A model generated the notes under the pieces. It was not told where the DNA came from. It was given only the letters and a program-made list of their open reading frames with translations, and did no database searches. Position numbers and translations under genes: made by a program. From an uncultured Thermoplasmata archaeon (lineage in GTDB: Archaea > Thermoplasmatota > Thermoplasmata > UBA10834), in assembly GCA_963719945.1 (NCBI GenBank), contig CAVRDX010000003.1, positions 96,001 to 160,000 of the forward strand: DNA of 64,000 nt, given 5' to 3'. This document shows positions 39,777 through 49,410 of this stretch, piece by piece. The number at the start of each line of letters is the position of its first letter. Position 1 is the first letter of the stretch.

Positions 39777-41045
39777 ATGGGGGCAATTGAGAACCCAGAA
39801 GCAGAATCTAGATTGATGCGCCGTTTCTTTATGATCTGGTCCGCGCAGGCATCGTCCATCGTAGGGAGCCAGATAGTGCAGTTCGCGCTCGTTTGGTGGC
39901 TGACGATCGAAACCGGTTCCGCTACTGTGCTCGCGTTTGCGACGATGATGGCATTGCTCCCGATGATCATAATCGGGCCGTTCGCCGGACCACTTGTCGA
40001 TCGTTGGAATAGACGGCATGTCATGATATTTGCTGACGGAGGAATAGCCCTCGCCACTCTGATCATCGTGTTCCTCTTTTCGATGGGCATCGTCGAGATA
40101 TGGCACATTTACTTGTTGATGTTCATCCGGGCATCGGGGGGCGCGTTCCATTTCCCTGCGATGGCAGCCTCGACCTCTCTGATGGTTCCCAAAAGACATC
40201 TGACTCGTGTCGGTGGAATGAACCAAGCCATATCTGGCGCGGTGAACATAATCGCTCCTCCAATTGCCGCACTGCTTATCGTCCTGATCCCGATGTATGC
40301 AGTTCTATCGATCGACATCGCTACAGCCATAGTGGCTATCACCCCGCTTCTGTTTCTGAAGATACCCCAGCCAGTTAGGAGTGGGGATGTTGATAAGAAG
40401 CTGTCCGTGATAGGTGATATGAAGGAAGGGTTCAGATTTCTCAGGTCGTGGAAAGGCGCTCTCATATTGATTGCGATGGTGATGCTCATCAACCTTGTCT
40501 TCACCCCTGCGATGTCACTGAGTCCGTTGCTCATTACTCTCCATTTCGAGTTGGGTGTCCAAGAGTTCGCGCTATTTGAAATGGTCATCGGCGCATCTTT
40601 CCTATTGGGCGGGATCTTCCTCGGAATCTGGGGCGGATTCAGAAAGAAGATACTGACGATGCTATTCTCGGGGGTCATAGGCGGATTCGGCACGATGATG
40701 GTCGGTCTATGCCCTCCAGATGCTTTCTACATCGCATTGGTCGGCATATTCGTCGCGGGTTTCATGATATCTCTGGTGAACGGGTCCGCGCAAGCGCTGA
40801 TGCAGTCGACAATACCTCCTGAGATGCAGGGTCGTGTGTTCTCCCTGCTCATGAGTGCGACGACCGCCATGGCGCCGATCGGTCTCGCCGTGGCAGGCCC
40901 GGTTGCTGATTCGGTCGGAGTATCGATTTGGTACTTGGCTGCCGGGATCACGCTGACTGTGGTGATGGCTAGTGGTTTCATCATACCTTCATTGCTTCAT
41001 ATGGAAAACGAGTCGTCATGGAAGACTGAAATCAAAGAGCTTTGA
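39777..41045 (+). CDS. MFS transporter, DHA3/MefA-like
   Basis: GSQIVQFALVWWLT...TGSA, GPLVDRWNRR, QGRVFS. Confidence 0.9.
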   Translation: MGAIENPEAESRLMRRFFMIWSAQASSIVGSQIVQFALVWWLTIETGSATVLAFATMMALLPMIIIGPFAGPLVDRWNRRHVMIFADGGIALATLIIVFLFSMGIVEIWHIYLLMFIRASGGAFHFPAMAASTSLMVPKRHLTRVGGMNQAISGAVNIIAPPIAALLIVLIPMYAVLSIDIATAIVAITPLLFLKIPQPVRSGDVDKKLSVIGDMKEGFRFLRSWKGALILIAMVMLINLVFTPAMSLSPLLITLHFELGVQEFALFEMVIGASFLLGGIFLGIWGGFRKKILTMLFSGVIGGFGTMMVGLCPPDAFYIALVGIFVAGFMISLVNGSAQALMQSTIPPEMQGRVFSLLMSATTAMAPIGLAVAGPVADSVGVSIWYLAAGITLTVVMASGFIIPSLLHMENESSWKTEIKEL

Positions 41046-41060
41046 CCAGAATATTATGAA

Positions 41061-42590
41061 TCATACCTGTGGTGCCTTCTTCAACCAGTCGATGTCAGAG
41101 ACATAAATGTCTCTGATATCATCCAATCCCCAGAGTAGCATTCCGAGCCGTTCCAGCCCAAGTCCCCATGCCAGTACTGGCTCTTTCACACCCAATGGTT
41201 CGGTAACCTCAGGCCTGAAGATGCCCGCTCCTCCAAGTTCCATCCATTGCCCCTTCCACAGTATCTCTACTTCAAGAGACGGTTCTGTGTACGGGAAGTA
41301 AGCTGGCCTGATCCTCATTTCTGGTATACCCATGCGTCTATAGAATTCCTTGAGAAGACCACACAGCATGTTGAAGCTGGCTCCCTCCTCACAGACGATC
41401 CCCTCTATCTGGGTGAACTCTGGAAGATGGGTCGAGTCCATCGCCTCGCTTCTGAATATCCTTCCTATGGAGAATACCTTGAACGGGAGTTTCGGATTTT
41501 CAGCTATGTATCTCGCTGTATTGACTGTCGAATGTGTCCTGAGCAGAGCTCTCTCAGCTTCCTCTATCTTCCAGTCGTATCTCCATCCGAGGGAACCTGT
41601 CTTCCAACCGTTCTCGTGGACCTGTTTGACAATATCCACGAGTTCCCGGTCCTTGGTGAGATCTATTCTGTCAGGGTTCTTCAGATAGAATGTATCCTGC
41701 ATCTCTCTCGCAGGATGGTCCTGAGCTGTGAACAGGACATCCATGTTCCAGAAGGCGCTTTCGACATACTGCCCTCGTATCTCGGTGAATCCCATCGTGA
41801 GGAATGCTTCCCTTACACGATCGATGAGAATTGTCATCGGATGCTTTCTTCCACCGACTGCAGTGGGCGCGAACGCCTTGACATCATACTTGCGGAGGTT
41901 GACCTCTCTCCATTTCCCTGATTGTATGAGCTCGGGCGTGATCTGAGCGACCTCTTCCCGCATCTCGAATGGGCGAGCAGCCAGTTCGCATCCCTTTTCT
42001 GTCAGCGCTATCGTCCTGATGACAATATGTTTCTCATTCAAGAAATCCTTGCGCTGTTTGAGTGCTTCGAGAACTCCTTCTGGCGCATCCTCTTCCGACA
42101 GCTCGCCAGTCGCAAGCCTCTCGATTGTGAGTTCATCATCGCCTTTCTCTGATAAGGCGGCCTTGCCCTTGTCAGTCATTATTACGATGGTGTCGGGCCC
42201 TTCTTTTGTGAGGTCCCCCCAGCCTTTCCTCTTGATCCATCCAAGTGCTATCTGGATGTCTTCAATCTTCAATTTGCCAGACGCTTTCAGGTCAGCGAGG
42301 GATACTTTGCCTTCAAACTCTTGCATGACGACTTCCAGCACTGCTCTTTCGGGCAGCTTCTTGTCAGCGATTTCCTTTCGTTTCAGTGAATAGTCCTTGC
42401 GTATTACCTCTCTTATTTCGACTAGTCCCTTCGCCTGAAGCCATGAAGCTGCGTTCATGACCTCTACCACCTGGTCGAACCCACCCTCCTTCTGTATATT
42501 CTCAGGAGTGGACGTCTTGAGCGTGTGCAAGGCCTTCAAGACCTTCTTCTCGGAGTAGCTTAGCTGTTCCAAGATGTCTTCGTCTGCCAT
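41061..42590 (-). CDS. pheS: Phenylalanine--tRNA ligase alpha subunit
   Basis: HPAREMQDTF, LLRTH, FRSE, YFPYTEPS, GAGIFRPE, WGLGLER. Confidence 0.97.
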   Translation of the reverse strand: MADEDILEQLSYSEKKVLKALHTLKTSTPENIQKEGGFDQVVEVMNAASWLQAKGLVEIREVIRKDYSLKRKEIADKKLPERAVLEVVMQEFEGKVSLADLKASGKLKIEDIQIALGWIKRKGWGDLTKEGPDTIVIMTDKGKAALSEKGDDELTIERLATGELSEEDAPEGVLEALKQRKDFLNEKHIVIRTIALTEKGCELAARPFEMREEVAQITPELIQSGKWREVNLRKYDVKAFAPTAVGGRKHPMTILIDRVREAFLTMGFTEIRGQYVESAFWNMDVLFTAQDHPAREMQDTFYLKNPDRIDLTKDRELVDIVKQVHENGWKTGSLGWRYDWKIEEAERALLRTHSTVNTARYIAENPKLPFKVFSIGRIFRSEAMDSTHLPEFTQIEGIVCEEGASFNMLCGLLKEFYRRMGIPEMRIRPAYFPYTEPSLEVEILWKGQWMELGGAGIFRPEVTEPLGVKEPVLAWGLGLERLGMLLWGLDDIRDIYVSDIDWLKKAPQV

Positions 42591-42615
42591 GTCAGAGGTT
42601 CATCGAGCATACGGC

Positions 42616-43026
42616 TTATCTACTTTTCCGGGGGTCCTGGCTGTCATAGACTATCTCTTCCTCGTATGGCTTTATGTCCCAAACCGGACTTCCATTGTAT
42701 GCATCCAGCCCCCTGACCCAAACTATGTTGCCACGAACACTGACCAGTTCGACGAGGGTCAGGCCCAGCCTGTTCGGTCTCTTCGGCGACCTGGTTGCGA
42801 ACACACCCACCAACGGTCTTTCTGGATCGTGCATCGGATGCACCCTCGCAGACCATCCACGTTTCTTATGGAATCCGAAGATAACCCATATGTGCTTGAA
42901 TTTCTCCAATTTGTACAACCCTGGCACATATTCGTCCTCGAAGACGAGCCTGGATTCCACCTTGCTCCAGTCTCGAACGTCTTCTGACACAGCGTTGACT
43001 ACTGTAGCGATGGGTCTCAGCCTCAA
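42616..43026 (-). CDS. tsaA: tRNA m6t6A37 methyltransferase TrmO/TsaA family
   Basis: GVFATRSPKRPN, GLDAYNGSPVWDIKPY. Confidence 0.92.
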   Translation of the reverse strand: MRLRPIATVVNAVSEDVRDWSKVESRLVFEDEYVPGLYKLEKFKHIWVIFGFHKKRGWSARVHPMHDPERPLVGVFATRSPKRPNRLGLTLVELVSVRGNIVWVRGLDAYNGSPVWDIKPYEEEIVYDSQDPRKSR

Positions 43027-43077
43027 AGCAAATTCCCTGATGACGAAACGACTCCCTCGGTAATCATCATTGTCCTA

Positions 43078-44196
43078 TCAGTCTCTCACAAAGAACTGAT
43101 CGACTATCTCCTTGGCCGCTTCTCTCTTGGCCTGATGATTCTCGAGGAACTTCCAGACCTTCTCGAACAGGATCCCCTTGCACTCTCCGCACAGGATCTT
43201 CCCTGACTTGCACTGTTCGAACAATTGTTTCAGCTTATCATCATCCGGCTCGAAGAAATATGATTGGTATTGGTAGACTGAACAGATCTCGGGAGACCCC
43301 CCGAGTTTCCTCTGCTCATCCACTGAAACTCTGCCTCCAGTGAACGCGCTCATGACCTTCCTCTTGACGGTTTTCTTGTCATCGACTGTGAAGATCGTCG
43401 TATCCGCTTTCGACGAAGTCGACATCTTCTCCGAACCAGCGAGCGAAGGCATCAGCTTGGCGTGTATCAGCGCCGGTTTGTAGTATCCCAATCCCTCCGC
43501 GATGTCCCTGGTTATCCTGAAATGAGGGTCCTGATCTATTCCGCACGGGATCAGGCAAGGCACCTTTCTGCCCTGCTCGATAGATTCGAGGAAACAGGGG
43601 ACCGTCTGTATGCTCGTGAAGAATATGCTCCCGATGTTGTTGGAATTGTCGAAACCGAAGACCGCTTTGATCGTGGAGAAATTGATCTTCTTGGCTGCTC
43701 TGACGGCAGTCGGATACATGGTCTTGATGTATTCCGTGTCCAGGAATAGGTTCGTCAGTTTCGGATCGAATCCCAGGGCGATGATGTCCAGTGCATTCTC
43801 CATCCCCCACTTCTTCGTTTCTTCGAGCGTGAGATTGTCATAGTACAGGAACTTCTCATCGTCCGTCAGCTGGAACCACAATTTCACCTTGAAGATGTCC
43901 TGAAGATACTTGGCAAACGACCATGGCATGAGGTGTCCAAGATGGATGGGACCCGATGGACCGCGGCCAGTATAGAGCGTGAATCTGTTCCCTTTGTCGT
44001 ACTCGTTGAGGATCCATTCCAGGTCTCTGTGAGAATAGAAAACGTCCCTTCTGAGCATATGATGCACGGGCCCGTATGTGCCCATCCTCTCAAGAAGGGC
44101 CTTATCTATTCTCTTCGTGCCGAATTTCTCGATCAGCTGGTCGTAATCGACATCTCCGGTCACTCCATACGGTGTGACGACGAATTCCCCGTTCAT
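43078..44196 (-). CDS. trpS: Tryptophan--tRNA ligase
   Basis: YTGRGPS, HLGH, TDDEK, DQDPHFR, KMSTS. Confidence 0.97.
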   Translation of the reverse strand: MNGEFVVTPYGVTGDVDYDQLIEKFGTKRIDKALLERMGTYGPVHHMLRRDVFYSHRDLEWILNEYDKGNRFTLYTGRGPSGPIHLGHLMPWSFAKYLQDIFKVKLWFQLTDDEKFLYYDNLTLEETKKWGMENALDIIALGFDPKLTNLFLDTEYIKTMYPTAVRAAKKINFSTIKAVFGFDNSNNIGSIFFTSIQTVPCFLESIEQGRKVPCLIPCGIDQDPHFRITRDIAEGLGYYKPALIHAKLMPSLAGSEKMSTSSKADTTIFTVDDKKTVKRKVMSAFTGGRVSVDEQRKLGGSPEICSVYQYQSYFFEPDDDKLKQLFEQCKSGKILCGECKGILFEKVWKFLENHQAKREAAKEIVDQFFVRD

Positions 44197-44336
44197 GCGG
44201 CCACTGGCGACGGTTACAGTATCCGGCAATATATGCTTTCCCTTGGCTTTGTCATCTAGTCGGAGTCAAGTCAAAAGGTTTTTACTGCCAAATGCCGCTC
44301 CTTATCATCAGAATAAGCTTGTTGGATGGGATTTGG

Positions 44337-45278
44337 ATGAGGATATCTAGACGATATGTTGGTTGTGTTTTCGCGATTGTGTTGTCTCTTGCCTTCTGTG
44401 CTGCTTCCGTTCCGGCTGCTGCGCTCGATCGATCGAACGGGGATTACTGGACATATGAAATGTCTGTGAACTTGGGCGACTTCGTTGTCGTTGGTGAAAT
44501 GACTCTGACGGTCGTGGACGAGGATACGCTGACGGTCGGAAGCGACTCCTATGTCGTGGATGTGCTCCAATATTCAGGGAACATCTCTTGGACCGACGAT
44601 GGCATCTTCGGAGAAACCACCGCGTCTATGGTATACTCTGGGTTCACATATGAGCTCAAAGATGGACTGGCGACTGTCAAGGACGATATGTACATCTGGT
44701 CGAACATTACGTCTGACTATGGCACTGCTGAGGTCACCTATAGAACGGAATCGCAGGAAGTCACTACGACATCACCTCCGATCGGATTCGGAATGACGCC
44801 GGATGAGATGGGCGTTGGTGATTCATGGAGTGAAACGGTCGTGGAGACAACTACATCAACAGAATGGGATGATGAAGGAATATCGGATACTTCTACCGAT
44901 TCAGAAGAGAAGACCTACTCGTTCTCGATCGCAGCCACCGAGGAATCGTTGGTCACCGATGCGGGCACATTCGATTGTCTGAAGATAACCATCATGGATG
45001 ATGCAGATGACAGTTACGAAGTCAGGTGGTACTGCGACAAGGTTGGCTACTATGTCAAGATCGCGAACTATGATGTGGGAGACAGCACACCATCTGTGGT
45101 CGTCGAATTGAAGGATTACAAATACTCCGCCGCCTCGCAAGTGTTGATGATACTGGTCGTTGTAGGCATTGTAGTGGTCTTGGTGGCCATCGTCGCGGTC
45201 GTGCTCGTCATGAAGCGGAAGAAACGCATTCCGCAGCAGCCTATGCCCCCACCGCCGCCCACTCCACCGGTTCAGTGA
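44337..45278 (+). CDS. Secreted membrane-anchored hypothetical protein with Pro-rich cytoplasmic tail
   Basis: Signal peptide, GDYWTY and TDAGTFDC motifs, C-terminal TM helix followed by KRKKR and PMPPPPPTPP. Confidence 0.8.
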   Translation: MRISRRYVGCVFAIVLSLAFCAASVPAAALDRSNGDYWTYEMSVNLGDFVVVGEMTLTVVDEDTLTVGSDSYVVDVLQYSGNISWTDDGIFGETTASMVYSGFTYELKDGLATVKDDMYIWSNITSDYGTAEVTYRTESQEVTTTSPPIGFGMTPDEMGVGDSWSETVVETTTSTEWDDEGISDTSTDSEEKTYSFSIAATEESLVTDAGTFDCLKITIMDDADDSYEVRWYCDKVGYYVKIANYDVGDSTPSVVVELKDYKYSAASQVLMILVVVGIVVVLVAIVAVVLVMKRKKRIPQQPMPPPPPTPPVQ

Positions 45279-45306
45279 TCGGATTTGACGAAATCGAAAG
45301 AATCAG

Positions 45307-45804
45307 GTGTCACAAATGGATGAACGGACGGTCTCTGAATCAAAGACGATGGTTGCCAGGGTGATGATGCCACAGGATGCCAACGTCGCCGGGAATGTGT
45401 TCGGTGGAACTATCCTGAAGATGGTCGATGAGATAGCTTATGTGGCAGCCACGAGGCATGCTCGCACTAACGTCGTCACAGCATCGGTTGATCGGATGTC
45501 TTTCCTGTCTCCGGTCCATGTCGGCGACCTTCTCACGCTGAAGGCGAACGTGAATGCGGTCTGGCATTCATCAATGGAGGTGGGAGTCCGTGTGGAAGCC
45601 ATGGATCCGAGGACCGGGGAGACAAGGCACACTGGCTCTTCCTACCTGACCGTGGTTGCCCTCGATTCCGATGGAAGGCCCGTCTCCGTGCCTCAATTGG
45701 TGTTGGAGACCGACGAGGATGTCCGCAGGAATAAGGAATCGTTCGCAAGACGGTCCAGAAGACTCGAGGAGAAAGCAGTCGAGAGGTTCCGTTCGAAGGA
45801 ATAG
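45307..45804 (+). CDS. Acyl-CoA thioesterase (hotdog fold)
   Basis: DANVAGNVFGG, VTASVD, SMEVGVRV, VALD. Confidence 0.92.
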   Translation: MSQMDERTVSESKTMVARVMMPQDANVAGNVFGGTILKMVDEIAYVAATRHARTNVVTASVDRMSFLSPVHVGDLLTLKANVNAVWHSSMEVGVRVEAMDPRTGETRHTGSSYLTVVALDSDGRPVSVPQLVLETDEDVRRNKESFARRSRRLEEKAVERFRSKE

Positions 45805-45898
45805 TCTATTCGCTGGCCTGACTGGTATATCAATCTTGTCTTATTGGCGACTTCGGGGTTTTTATGGCAGTAATAGACTTAACCCTCAGGATGATAGG

Positions 45899-47356
45899 TT
45901 GGCAAAGGCAGTCTACGACCCATTGAATTCTGAACAGGAAGATGCAGTGCACCTGGAATCGATCAGGATATTGGAGAATGTGGGGATCAAGGTGACGAGC
46001 CCCAAGGTTCTCAAGATGTTGAAGGATGCTGGGGGGATTGTTGATGAGAAGACCCAGATCGTGAAGATATCAGAGGCGATGATCAAGGAAGCCTTGTCCA
46101 AAGCCCCTAAGGAATTCACGATGTGTGGTAGAGACAAGAAATGGGACCTGAGACTTCCAGCAACGGATAGGATTTATGGGGTCAATGACGGACAGCCGAC
46201 CGATGTCTGGGACATAGATACTCAGAAGAAGCGCAAAGCTACCATGAGGGACCTGATCGACCTCACGCGCGTATGCGATGCCATGCAGGAAGTGGATCTC
46301 TATTGGCCAGAAGTCGTCGCCACAGACCTGCCGCCAGATGTATCCAATAATCACGAATTCGTCGCATCGATATTCAACACCGGAAAGCACATTCAGCACG
46401 GTGCAGGCTCCATCGAGGATGCCCGGTTCCAGATAGAGGCCGCCGCCGCGATAGTTGGTTCCGAGGAGGCACTAGCCAAGAGGCCGATAATCTCGATAAC
46501 GCACACGCCCATAACTCCGCTCAGATACGAGGAGGGCGATATCGATGCCGTCGTCGAGTTCGCAAAGGCCGGACTTCCAGTCGTCCACCTGTCTATGGCA
46601 ATATCCGGCTCGGTGGCACCGGTGACGCTAGCAGGTACGATCTCCCTCGTCAACGCTGAGAACCTCGCGGGCGCAGTCATATCGGAGCTGGCAAAGCCAG
46701 GTGCGCCAATACTATACAGTTCTGAATCCGGACCGATGGATATGAAGACCGGTGTCTTCCTGTCCGGTTCGACTGAGGGCGCTTTGATCAACGCTGCCGG
46801 CTGCCAGATGGCTCGCAGATACGGCCTGCCTTCACAAGTGGGCGGGACCGCGGCGTCAGGATGTATGCCTGGTTATGAGATAGGATACCAGAAGGCGATC
46901 AGCAGTCTCCTTCCAGCGATGGCCGGCGCCGATCAGATCGTCGGGATCGGCGGTTTCGAACGTTCTGGAGTCGAGTCGGTCGAGCAAATCGTGATGGATT
47001 GCGAGTTGTGGAGAAACGTCCTGCGCGCTTGGAGAGGGGTCGAGGTATCCGACAGCACATTGGGTTTCGATGTCATATCGAGAGTCGGTCCTGGCGGTTA
47101 TTTCATGAAGGACCCACACACCCTTCGCAATTTCCGGAAGGAGATGCTCCTGCCGAAGATCGCAATGCTCCCGCCGATTATGGGTTCGGACACGGAACCT
47201 ATCCGAGTCGCTGCGAGGAACGAAGCACGGAGGATCCTAAAAGAGCACGAACCAATGGGAATCGATCGTTCTGTCAGAGGGCAGATAATCGCGCTACTGT
47301 CGAAATACGATGAGATGGCCGGCGTTTGTCCTGTTCAGGTCACATATCTTGACTGA
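45899..47356 (+). CDS. Trimethylamine methyltransferase (MttB) family protein, non-pyrrolysine (second copy)
   Basis: VHLESIRILENVGI, PVTLAG...NAENLAG, DMKTG, VGPGGYF...HT. No internal TAG. Confidence 0.88.
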   Translation: MAKAVYDPLNSEQEDAVHLESIRILENVGIKVTSPKVLKMLKDAGGIVDEKTQIVKISEAMIKEALSKAPKEFTMCGRDKKWDLRLPATDRIYGVNDGQPTDVWDIDTQKKRKATMRDLIDLTRVCDAMQEVDLYWPEVVATDLPPDVSNNHEFVASIFNTGKHIQHGAGSIEDARFQIEAAAAIVGSEEALAKRPIISITHTPITPLRYEEGDIDAVVEFAKAGLPVVHLSMAISGSVAPVTLAGTISLVNAENLAGAVISELAKPGAPILYSSESGPMDMKTGVFLSGSTEGALINAAGCQMARRYGLPSQVGGTAASGCMPGYEIGYQKAISSLLPAMAGADQIVGIGGFERSGVESVEQIVMDCELWRNVLRAWRGVEVSDSTLGFDVISRVGPGGYFMKDPHTLRNFRKEMLLPKIAMLPPIMGSDTEPIRVAARNEARRILKEHEPMGIDRSVRGQIIALLSKYDEMAGVCPVQVTYLD

Positions 47357-47402
47357 AGACTTAAGTGGGATGTAGCCGAATCACCCCCGAAGGTGTGAGG
47401 TC

Positions 47403-48521
47403 ATGCAATTCTCAGAATGCAGAGGATACGATCGTTCCCTGGTCACAGGCGCGAAAGCTGCGATCAAAGATGTCCTAGCTCTGAAGAAGGACGAGCGGAT
47501 TCTGATAATATCGAATCCGAACCGAGATGTTCGCGAGATATCGATGGCTATCTTCGATGCAGCAATGAATGTCAAGGCAAAGCCTGTCCTGATGTTCCAG
47601 CGGGAGAAGGGGCAGTTCGACTTCGCGGAGAAGGATGTCATCTCGGCCATGTCTTCGGAGCCTGACGTGATTCTGTCGATAAGCAAGGACCGGTTCGGGA
47701 AGGATAAACACGGACTTCTTGAAGGGTACATGGGGAAAAGGAAGTACAACGACATCTTCGAGATGCTATACGAGGAAGAGAAGGCTAGGGCCTTCTGGTC
47801 CCCTGGTATCACCCGCGACATGTTCAGACGAACAGTCCCGATCGATTACACGCGTCTGAGGAAGGACTGCAAGAGGATATGTGCGATTCTCAAGGGTTCA
47901 GAGACGGTCAGAGTCACCGCTCCAGGAGGAACCGATCTGGTGATTGGGTCGAAGGGTCGCATCGCCAAGATGGATGACGGGGATTTCAGGAAGAAAGGCC
48001 GGGGTGGGAATGTTCCCTCGGGCGAAGTCTATGTCTCTCCAGCATTGGGTACCACCAATGGCGTGATCGCATTTGACGGGTCCATCGTCCTCAACGATGG
48101 TGAGATCGTCATGCGTGATCCCATTGTAGCTCAAATCAAGGATGGATACATAACGAAGATAGATGGCAGGAAGGAGGCCAACGCTCTGAGGAACTCGATC
48201 CGGATCGCCAAGAGAAAAGCCCGTTCGATGGGCAATGCCGGTCTGTTGAAATCGTCGGAGGTCGAGAGCTACATCAAGAACACTGAGAGCATCGGTGAAC
48301 TGGGCATCGGTCTCAACAGGAAAGCCAAGATTGTCGCGAACATGCTCGAGGACGAGAAGGTCTATGGCACGTGCCACTTCGCAGTTGGTAGCAACTATGA
48401 TGGCGATGCAGACTCCCTGATCCATTTGGATGGCCTGGTCAAATCCCCGACGATAACAGCAGTGTCATCTTCGGGACGAGAGACCGAAATTATGCGGAAG
48501 GGGAAGCTGACCTGGGATTGA
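47403..48521 (+). CDS. M29-family (AmpS/AmpT-like) aminopeptidase
   Basis: GNVPSGEVY, GELGIGLN, EDEKVYGTCHFAVGSN, HLD. Confidence 0.88.
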   Translation: MQFSECRGYDRSLVTGAKAAIKDVLALKKDERILIISNPNRDVREISMAIFDAAMNVKAKPVLMFQREKGQFDFAEKDVISAMSSEPDVILSISKDRFGKDKHGLLEGYMGKRKYNDIFEMLYEEEKARAFWSPGITRDMFRRTVPIDYTRLRKDCKRICAILKGSETVRVTAPGGTDLVIGSKGRIAKMDDGDFRKKGRGGNVPSGEVYVSPALGTTNGVIAFDGSIVLNDGEIVMRDPIVAQIKDGYITKIDGRKEANALRNSIRIAKRKARSMGNAGLLKSSEVESYIKNTESIGELGIGLNRKAKIVANMLEDEKVYGTCHFAVGSNYDGDADSLIHLDGLVKSPTITAVSSSGRETEIMRKGKLTWD

Positions 48522-48564
48522 CCTGAGCAACCTTTAACTCCGTTTCCGTCCTTCCCTCTCACCG

Positions 48565-49347
48565 ATGGAGGAACAACTCAGAGTTGGCGCGATTGATGAT
48601 GAGACCTTTGACAGGTCCCGTCGGATTGGATGGCTTGACCTAGATGCGGTGTTCAGGGCAAAGGTCCTCATGGTCGGCGCAGGCGCTTTGGGGAACGAGG
48701 TCGGGAAGAACCTGATGCTCTCAGGCTTTCGTCATGTGACCGTTGTGGACATGGACCATGTCATGGGCTCGAACTTGAACCGATGCCTCTTCTTCTCACG
48801 AGAGGACGCTTCCAGACGAAATCCCAAGGCGGAAGTCGTCGCCCGGGGAATGAACGCCCTCTCCGAACATGCTGAAGTAGAATCGATTTCATCCATGATC
48901 GAGGAATTGGATGAAGGGATATACAAGGTCCACGACATCATCCTCGGCTGTCTTGACAATATCCCTGCACGACTTCATGTGAATTCACGATCCTATCGGT
49001 TCGGGAAGACCCTGATCGATGGCGGGATGGAAGGGTTTGTTGGCCGAGCCTTCGTCGCCAATCCTCCGAACGGCGCATGTATCCAATGCGGCATGAACCG
49101 TTCACATGCGAAGGTTGCGAACCTTCGATTCAGCTGTACTGGGACGGATATGGTATTTCATGAACCTAGGATTCCCGCCGAGATCACGACTACCAGCGTC
49201 ATATCGGCTATCATGGTAAGGGAATGTCTAAAATTCGTATCTGGTAGGATGGATATGATGCTGTCAAATGCTTTCTTCTACGACGGTCAGAGGAATGTCT
49301 CAGAAGAGCTGGAATTCGATATCGATCCACTTTGTCCAAATCACTGA
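48565..49347 (+). CDS. Ubiquitin-activating enzyme E1 (ThiF/MoeB fold, Uba3-like)
   Basis: VGAGALGNE, DMD...SNLNR, LDN..AR, IDGG.EG, CIQC, putative catalytic SCT, C-terminal CPNH. Confidence 0.9.
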   Translation: MEEQLRVGAIDDETFDRSRRIGWLDLDAVFRAKVLMVGAGALGNEVGKNLMLSGFRHVTVVDMDHVMGSNLNRCLFFSREDASRRNPKAEVVARGMNALSEHAEVESISSMIEELDEGIYKVHDIILGCLDNIPARLHVNSRSYRFGKTLIDGGMEGFVGRAFVANPPNGACIQCGMNRSHAKVANLRFSCTGTDMVFHEPRIPAEITTTSVISAIMVRECLKFVSGRMDMMLSNAFFYDGQRNVSEELEFDIDPLCPNH

Positions 49348-49410
49348 GGCCCGAGTCGTTGCTACAGGTATCCGAAAACGATATAATGTCAACAGCCGTC
49401 AGTCGTCTAG

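Noticed and set aside
19551-47356. Pyrrolysine or selenocysteine read-through in MttB or Fe-S genes
   Set aside because: Both MttB ORFs are full length without an in-frame TAG, and no ORF appeared interrupted by TGA at a Cys position.
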